From Octopus vulgaris (Eukaryota), in NCBI GenBank assembly GCA_951406725.2, contig OX597832.1, positions 62,000,001 to 62,064,000 on the forward strand: a stretch of 64,000 nucleotides of DNA, read 5' to 3'. A model generated the notes under the pieces. That model saw nothing but the letters and a program-made list of their open reading frames with translations, was not told the DNA's origin and did no database searches. This document shows, piece by piece, positions 55,355-64,000 of the stretch (positions are counted from its first letter, which is position 1; the number at the start of each line of letters is the position of its first letter). Both the position numbers and the translations under genes were made by a program.

Positions 55355-55655
55355 TTTATGAGCAGTAAGCAAAAAGTATCCGATCTTTGGGGCATAAAAA
55401 AACAATTTTCTGAATATTTTACAAATTTTATTTAATCGCTTTGAAAATGCTCCTCTTAGCAGTTCACGCAGTTCTCTAAACGCTTCTGCCGCTGCTGTAA
55501 GACCTCTGGAACTCTATAAGTGGAAAGCTATGGAGCTCCCCTGTCGCTTTTCTTGCAATTTACTCTCGCATTTCAAATCGCTTCCCATTCACCATAGTTT
55601 TCAGTTTGGGGCAAAACCAGAATCACACGGTGCCAAGATGGGAGAATGGGGAACC
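55355..55655 (-). mobile_element. Mariner transposase 3' fragment
   Basis: Minus strand with frameshifts: PHSPILAPCD / WFCPKLKTMVNGKRFE / QQRQKRLENCVNC*EEHFQSD, matching the mariner YSPDLAPxD motif and C-terminus. Confidence 0.75.
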
Positions 55656-55679
55656 TGTCGAACAAATTGTTTGTTACTC

Positions 55680-55945
55680 TCTTGTACTTGTTTCAGTCAT
55701 TTGACTGTGGCCATGCTGGATCACCGCATTTAGTCGAGCAAATGGACCCCAGGACTTATTCTTTGTAAGCCTAGTACTTATTGTATCGGTGTCTTTTTGC
55801 CGAACCGCTAAGTTACGGGGACGTAAACACACCAGCATCTGTTGTCAAGCGATGTTGAGGGGACAAACACGCAAACATATGCACACACACGTACATATAC
55901 ATACGACGGGCTTCTTTCAGTTTTCGTCTACCAAATCCCCTCACA
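55680..55945 (-). mobile_element. SINE family A, 3' half
   Basis: Reverse complement of the family A tail. Confidence 0.8.
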
Positions 55946-56324
55946 GGGATCAGCGGTTGTGTATATAGGAATATTTCATCCGAAATTGGGTGGAATTAGT
56001 CCTCATTTTTCAATTAATGTGAGGATTACAAATCTCGTATCTGTGCTTAGGGTATTTATTTGAATCTATTATCATAAAGAATTGATGAATCTTAAAGATG
56101 TAGTAAGTTTAGAGAGGCGGTCATTCAAGATTAGACGTTAATGAACGGATCTATCGCATCTTGTTTGATTAATTAATCTGCGACAACGAGAACAACAACA
56201 GCAGCAGCAGTAGCAGCAGCAGCAATGACAACAACAACAACAACAAAAGCACTAATGCACCTGCATCTTTCAAATGGTTAGGATAATTATCATCATTCTT
56301 ATCCATCTCCTTGTCCTCCTATTC

Positions 56325-56912
56325 CCATTATCGTCATCGTCACCATCGTCATCATCAACACCACCACTATTACCACCACCACTATCATTATCACCATCAT
56401 CATAATCATCATCACCATCATCATTGACATCATCAGCATCACCACCATCCCCACCACCACCACCACCACCATCATCGTCATCATTATCACCACCAGCACC
56501 ATCACTGCCATCATCACCACCACTACTATCATCACCACCATCATCATCAACACCACCACCATCATCACCGCCATCATCACTACCACCACCATCATCATCA
56601 CCGCCATCATCACCACCATCACCACCACTACCACCATCACCATCATCATCACCACCACCACCATAATCACCATCATCATCACCACCACCACAACCACCAC
56701 CACCATCACCATCATAATCACCATCATCATCACCACCATCACCATTACCACCACAATCATCATCATCATCACTGTCATCATCACCACCACCACCATCATC
56801 ATCATCATTGTCACCATCACGACCACCACCACCAAACTCAAAACGAACACTACCACCGCTACCACCACCACCACCATCTTCACTATCATCGTCGGCGTCG
56901 TCATCACCATAA
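56325..56912. repeat. Degenerate (CAT/CAC)n trinucleotide microsatellite
   Basis: Continuous CAT/CAC/TCA triplets. These account for the 230-aa Gly/Asp and Val/Met ORFs. Confidence 0.95.
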
Positions 56913-57390
56913 TAACCATCGAAAATAACAGAGACGAGGAAACCTTGACATCGCCCACACACTTATTTCCATTTTCGCAAACACCCACCCCGACCACCTG
57001 CCCTCAATGCTATTTTACCATTTCGCCATCTTTCACCGCAGAAATAGGCCAAACCGAGACGATTGTCAACTTGCATGTTTCTCAGACTATTTTTGGTCTC
57101 AGCCAACGCATGGTGACAGGTCGTCTTGGAGACGTCACATTCACACGGCAATGGCTGCAATTCACCACAAGCCATATTAGAATCGCTGCCATGGAATTCA
57201 ATGATACCAAAGAATCAACAAATGATTCTTTGCTTTATTTCTTTTAGATCTTTCTCGATTTCTCCCTCTTCTAATCTTGTCTTCCTTTCTTTCTTATGTG
57301 TCCGCCGCATTCACTTCTTAAACCGTCTCCCTCTTACGCACTTCCACGCTCTTTCTATGCCTCTGTTTCTATCTCTGTCTGTCTGTCTGC

Positions 57391-57428
<38 letters not shown>

Positions 57429-57571
57429 ATCTATCTATCTGTTTGTTTGTCTCTCTTATAGGTATATATCTATCACATCTGTCTTTTCATCTCCCTATCT
57501 TTCTCCCTATCATTATTTCTCTTCCTGTATCTATCAATATATGAATGTATATATGTATTTATATATGCATG

Positions 57572-57649
<78 letters not shown>

Positions 57650-57702
57650 TATGGGTGTGTGTATATATGTATGTTTGTATGTATTTATGTGTGTATACAC
57701 TT

Positions 57703-58084
57703 TTACTCTCTTTTACTTGTTTCAGTCATTTGACTGCGGCCATGCTGGAGCACCGCCTTTAGTCGAGCAAATCGACCCCGGGACTTATTCTTTGTAAGCC
57801 CAGTACTTATTCTATCGGTCTCTTTTGCCGAACCGCTAAGTGACGGTGACGTAAACATACATCGGTTGTGAAGCAATGCTAGGGGGACAAACACAGACAC
57901 ACATACATATATATATATATACGACAGGCTTCTTTCAGTTTCCGTCTACCAAATCCACTCACAAGGCTTTGGTCGGCCCGAGGCTATAGCAGAAGACACT
58001 TCCGCAAGATGCCACGCAGTGGGACTGAACCCGGAACCATGTGGTTGGTAAGCAAGCTACTTACCACACAGCCACTCCTGCGCC
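57703..58084 (-). mobile_element. SINE family A, well preserved
   Basis: Reverse complement is colinear with 49083-49500. Confidence 0.9.
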
Positions 58085-58612
58085 TATATGTTTGTATGTA
58101 TGTATGAATGAAAGTACGTATGTAATACATATATATATTTATATACCACTAGATTGACAGATAGATAGATTGGTTGATAAAGAGCGGCATATATGTATAT
58201 ATCTATACCTAAATACGTATGTATATACGTATAAGCGTAAAATACAAATACATACACGTATATATATATGTAAATATATATATAAGCCTGTGTATGTGTG
58301 TAAAGATATATATACACACGTGTGTGTGTGTGTGTGTGATTGTGTGTGTGTCTATCGTCTCATATTCTGTGGAAGCAGCTGACAGCCATTCATTTTGCTG
58401 CTATGGCAACAAGCTATACACATAAATGTCTGTTGCGAGCGTTCCAGAAATAATGTCATCATACCAGTTAACAAGTGAATCACAATTATCAAGTCTTTTC
58501 ATTTGATGCCTCGAGTTTCTCTGCCTATCCCGCAGTGTTTTAATCACCACCACCACCACCACCACTACCACCACTACCATCACTTTCATCATCATCATCA
58601 TTATTCTAGTTT

Positions 58613-59012
58613 AAGGTCGGTCAGCTGGCAGAAACGTTAGCACGTCGAGCGAAATGCTTAGCGGTATTTCGTCAGCGTTACGTTGTGAGTTCAAATTCCG
58701 CCGAGGTCGACTTTGCCTTTCATCCTTTCGCGGTCGATAAATTAAGTACCAGTTACGCACTGGGGTCGATGTAATCGACTTAATACCTATGTCTGTCCTT
58801 GTTTGTCCCTTCTATGTTTAGCCCCTTGTGGATAATAAAAAAAAAAGGTATTTCTTCTGTCGCTATATCCTGTGTTCAAATTCAGCCGAGGTCGAATTTG
58901 CTTTTCATCCTTTAGGGGGTCGATTAAATAAGTACTATTTACGCAGTGGGGTCGATGTAATCGACTTACTCACTTCCCCTAAATTTTAGGCTTTGTGCTT
59001 CTAGTAGAAAGT
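58613..59012 (+). mobile_element. SINE family B dimer
   Basis: A full unit AAGGTCGGTCAGCTGGCAGAAACGTTAGCAC... followed by a headless second unit. Same layout as 28139-28545. Confidence 0.85.
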
Positions 59013-59021
59013 ATTATTATT

Positions 59022-59502
59022 AATATCCACGGTCTCCCTCTTTTCTTGGCAGACAAAATCATTCTATATCTGCCTTAGGGTGGTGCATTCTATGCATTGT
59101 CAACAATTTTCGTATTTTTCTGTCAAGATTACATATTTCAATAACTGACCAGTTAATGATATTGAAACTGTAAGTCACGACTGGTATGGCTAAAGTATTT
59201 ATCGCTTCGATCCTGTTTCTTGCATTCACTTCTCTCTTAAATATTGCTCTCACGCTGCGATAACATTCTCTCCTGATTTTTTCCCTCATCACTGAATGCC
59301 TGATTCCGTCCCCTTCAAATACCCCTGGGTACTTGTAGCTCCCCGATGGTTCTAACTCTTTTATGACATTCTGCTGGTCAGGGTTAACGTCAGATGTTTC
59401 TATCATTTTTCCTCTGATAAAGATAGCTTTTGCACATTTATCGAGGCCAAATTGCATCCTGAAGTCATTACTGAATTGTTTAACAATCGCTAGGAAGCCC
59501 TT
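59022..59502 (-). mobile_element. R4/Dong-like LINE reverse transcriptase fragment
   Basis: ORF MQFGLDKCAK...YKYPG...AINTLAIPVVTYSF...RKLLTMHRMHHPKADIE, continuing past a stop as LPRKEGDRG. It lies next to TTA/TTG repeats. Confidence 0.88.
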
Positions 59503-59628
59503 GAGTTGTTGTTGTTCTTGTTCTTGTTGTTGTCATTATTATTGCTATTATAATTATTTTTTATTATTATTGTTGATGTTGTTGTCATTATTATTGTTAT
59601 TATTATATTTTATCATTATTATCGTTGC

Positions 59629-59757
<129 letters not shown>

Positions 59758-60602
59758 TATCATCAAGGCAGCGAACTGGCAGAGTCGTTAGCACGCTGGA
59801 CGAAATGCTTTAACGTATTTCGCCCATCGCTACGTTCTGAGTTCAAGTTCCGCGGAGGTCGACTTTAGTTTTTATCCTTTCAGGTTCGATAAAATCAATA
59901 CCTGTTATGCACTGGGGTTGATGTTATCGATTAGTCCTCTTCCCCCAAAATTCCAGACATTGTGCCTTTAGTAGAAAGGATTATTATTACTGTTGCTACT
60001 GATGCTATTGTTATACTTGTTAATACGGTGAACCAGCAAAACTGTTTGAGCTTCGTAGAGAAATGTTTTGCAGCATTTTTTCCGCTCTTTAAGTTCTGCA
60101 CTCAAATCGTATTGTGGTCATCTTTGCATTTCATCCTCAAGGATTCGACCAAATAAAATACCAGTCATGTAGTTGGGTCGGGGATAAGAACTGAATTTTG
60201 GACTTGTACCTCCATTAGAAATCATTTGCTCTACATAGGCACGAGTAGTAATCGCAACCATATGGTCTGACACTTCACCCAAAGGGGTTCCTCAAGACCA
60301 TCAGTCGAAACTGACCACCGTCGTGTCATCTCCATTTATAACATTTCCGCTTCCACTCTTGAAACTTCTAACCATTAACAATTTCTGTCTCTAAGTGTGA
60401 CTGCAAAGTAAGTGCCATCCTGGTTAAGAATTCCTTCATCATCTACCAAAGGTATCCTGATTCATTTACCTGAAACTTTCACACTAAAACTTCTACTATT
60501 TCGAATAAAATGCTGCTCTAACGGCAATTCTGCATTCGAATAAACATCATCTTATTTGTTCCATACAATACAAATTTTCAACGCTTCTAATAAAAGAACA
60601 GT

Positions 60603-60910
60603 GGAAGCACATGGCCTAGTGGCTACAGCAGCGCACTCGCTGTCGAGGGATCGCGGGTTTGAATTTCAGAGTGGGCGATGTGTGTGGTTATGAGCTAAAC
60701 ACTCAACCACCACGCGGCTCCTGCAGAAGGTAATGGCGAACTTCTGCTCATTCTCTCGCCACACATTTCTCTTACTCTTTCCTCCTGCATCTTGCAGCTC
60801 ACCTGCGACAGACCGCCACCCCATCCAGGTGGGGAACCTATACGCCAAGGAAACAAGGAAACTGGCCCTTATGAGCCAGGCATGGCTGGAGAAGGGACAA
60901 ACAACAACGA
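60603..60910 (+). mobile_element. tRNA-headed SINE with V-domain-like segment and (AAC) tail
   Basis: TGGCCTAGTGG head; CCTGCGACAGACCGCCACCCCATCCAGG; GGAAACTGGCCCTTATGAGCC; ACAACAAC tail. Confidence 0.7.
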
Positions 60911-63900
60911 TAGAAGAACAAATATTTGTTTGCTTAAATTTATACACTCATGGTTGTTCTGTTCCTTCATTTAGAATATCACTGTTGCACACGCTTCGAA
61001 GATTGTGTCACGAACCCTTTTCTTTCGACTTCACAAATGCCGGATGTTTCAGTAGAGGTAGTTTAGTATATAGAGGCAAAAATGGTCGGTGGTTAACTGA
61101 TTGAACGTCGGTCACAACAGCACCGAAACACAGAATTATCACCAACCACTTCATTGCTACCAGCCATTCTCACTGGGATCTCGCTGTTTATGGAAGAACT
61201 ACATAACTCCATGGTACTCCCGTTTCCGTTTTCATTTTTACTAAAATCTAATCTATACAAACCTTAACATTGCATTGGACTTGTTTTTTCTTTTTTTTTC
61301 GTAAAACTCCCTCCAATAAAAGACATGGTTAAACAGTTTCATTGCATTTCACATCGCGTTTTTTCTACTCGACCTCTCACTCACACACACAAACACACAT
61401 GCAAACACAAATCCATCCAGAATCACACTAGTCCTTTATACCGCCTTGCTGGCATTACACGTATAATCCTACATCCTGTACCTGTACATTTACAGACACA
61501 CCCTAGCTCAAGCTTGTAATTTTCTATTCGCTCCACAAACATACTTAATTTCACCTTATTCACTTCTCTCGCGCTTGTTACGTTTACTTCCTTTTTCTCA
61601 CGCTCAGTTGTTCCTTTCGAAAAATTCTTGTTTAACTCCACCTTTTTCCCGTCTACGATTCCAGCGTGGATCTCTAACCCAACATCGTGCTTCTTTCAAA
61701 TATTTTCCTTCCATTCTCCTTTGTTTCCCGTTTTTCTTTTTCTCTGTCACGTGGCTACAGAAAATCATCGGTTTATCTTTCCCAGTATTTTGCTTAATGT
61801 TGTTACATCGATTTCCCACTCTGCTATTTTCGTTCCTTTTGTTTTTCGAGTTTTTTATTTTTTAAAGTCAACATTTGAGAGTGTTTCGTAGCTCTCACTG
61901 CTTGTATAATTATACTCGTAACAGTTATAATTAACAGAAGAATGGTGTATTAGAACGGTATTAGAGACCCAGAATACATTCCACACAACATTTAGCGACG
62001 TAATTACAATATTCGGGTTCAAATCCTACGTAGGTCAACATTCTCTTTTCCACATCCAGGGTCGATAAATATAAATATGGACAAATAAATAACAATTGGA
62101 ATTAATCTAATGCTTCCAGGACCATAACTGTCCGTCTTTTACCTACAGTAGAAATCTTTATTGCCAGGACGAAGATGACAGATGTGGAACGTTACATAAC
62201 GTGTAACATTTCTTAAGATACTGAGATGCCTCCTTTCGAAGCTAAATAGAAAAACAAAGATGGGAATCACGATCGTTCTTTTTCTCTCAACAAATTTAAT
62301 TCGTCATTGGTGTTATGTAATGCAATATTTCCGATTCAAATACTAACAACAGGCAAATGAGAGAAATCCTCTAATTACTGATATGAAGGACACTGAAGCT
62401 CAAGAGATGAGGTTTCAATTATAGCTTGAAAGATTGTAAAGACAATAACATTGTTAACATTCGCCTGAAAATATGGAAGACATAACATGGTATTCCGTTA
62501 TAACTATAGCCATGCTCTGAAGACAGACAATACGCATACAAATTGTTGCTTGAAACCATTTCTGTACAACTAGATCGTTAATAATCTTTAAAGAGTATGA
62601 ATGACTTAACATTCTATTTACTATTAACATTAATTAATGTTATAATTATGAATGGACAGCAAGATATAAATATATTGCTTTCTAACTTTGGCACATGGCC
62701 AGCAATTTCGGGCGAGGGGATGAGTGGATTACATCGACCTCAGTGTTTCAAAGGATGAAAGGCAAAGTCGATCTCATTCGAACACAGAACGTGAACACAG
62801 TTGAAATGCCGTTAAGCGTTTTGTCCGACACGGAAACGATTCTTCTAAATCGCCACCTTATGAGATATAAATATATTGATAAACGAATCAAGGCAGGGAG
62901 CTGGGCAGAATCGTTAGCATGCCGGACAAAATGTTTTCCGGTATTTCTTCAGCCTATTTACGTTCTGTACTTATATTCCCGAAAGCTCGATTGTATATTT
63001 CCTCCCTTTTCTGGTGGTCGAAATAGGTATATTTTGAGCACTGGGGTCGATGTACTCGACTTTTCCCTCCCACCACCCACTCAATATTTCTGAACTTCTG
63101 CCAAACGTAAAAGAAATGTGTTAATAAATAAATAAACATACCGATAAAGAGTCTGTTGGTTCAACCAACAGGACAGCTTAGTTATAAAATTTGTTGCAGT
63201 TTTAAATGGCTACGTATTCCGAAGTCTCTTGTAACACTAACATAATATTCAATGACGGAGTCTTAAAAATAACATCTTCCAAAAACAACAGTATCACAAC
63301 TGATAAAAGGCAAGAACGTATTGTCTAATGTAGTGATAAATATATTCTTAAAAAATGTGGATAATCAGAAATATCCTCTACCATAAAGTCTGATTCACCA
63401 AACCTAACATGGTGGAAAATAGCAAAAACAACAATATGCTTTCAATTTATTTGATATCAAGCAGCGTCTGAGACCATTCCTGGTTCTGTGATTCAAACTT
63501 CCGGTTTAAACTGGTCCAAATCAAAACCTTACGTTAGATTATTTTATTTTCCAGAACCAAAAGCAATAATTGCGATGTTAGTTTAGTAAATTCTTTGATA
63601 TTTTCAAATTATGTATAGCCCCCATGTTAGATTTGATTGTGCAGAACAATGATTCATTCCGTTCTTTCTGTGACCATCTCGTATTATTTCAGCGACCATG
63701 TATCATCTACTATGGTGTCAGTTGTTGTTTAAGCTATCAATTTGATGAAGTCACGAGGATTGGATTTAAGAGACGTGTTGCAATATGGCTGCTATATTTC
63801 CTGTAAGAAACAGCATCTCTATTTCCCTTAAAGTCTTCGACTTGGGTTTTTATTGTTGTAGCCCAGGTTTAGGAAAAACCTGAAGTTGTTTGTGGTTAGC

Positions 63901-64000
63901 CGCTGGTCAAACTAACCTATTAGTAAGGCATTCCGATAATGACCATTTAGCCTTTTCTTCAGGAATATAATATCAGATATGTCCATTCGTAAGATTACAA

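Noticed and set aside
56270-56997. 230-aa Gly/Asp-rich and Val/Met-rich ORFs
   Set aside because: They are translations of a CAT/CAC microsatellite that is open in several frames, with no sign of coding constraint.

Overview
AT-rich, eukaryotic, non-coding DNA: an intron or gene desert saturated with microsatellites. The repeat families and SSR load suggest a coleoid cephalopod such as Octopus; this is an inference. I find no intact protein-coding gene, and almost all ORFs in the track are translated microsatellites. The supported content is: (1) a decayed 1.28-kb mariner with TIRs and TA TSD, plus mariner derivatives; (2) fragments of CR1-like, R4/Dong-like and RTE-like LINEs; (3) three families of tRNA-headed SINEs; (4) a 1.26-kb non-autonomous DNA transposon with ~200-bp TIRs and an 8-bp TSD; (5) one orphan, disabled GMP-reductase exon that the ORF track misses; (6) several families of minimal type-I hammerhead ribozyme (HHR) repeats of the Penelope type, often in head-to-head inverted pairs. 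The most interesting item is a recurrent element built as tRNA-derived Pol III head + (AAT)n + hammerhead-bearing tail, a candidate Penelope-mobilised, ribozyme-containing SINE. Most boundaries were read by eye and are approximate unless TSDs or TIRs are quoted.
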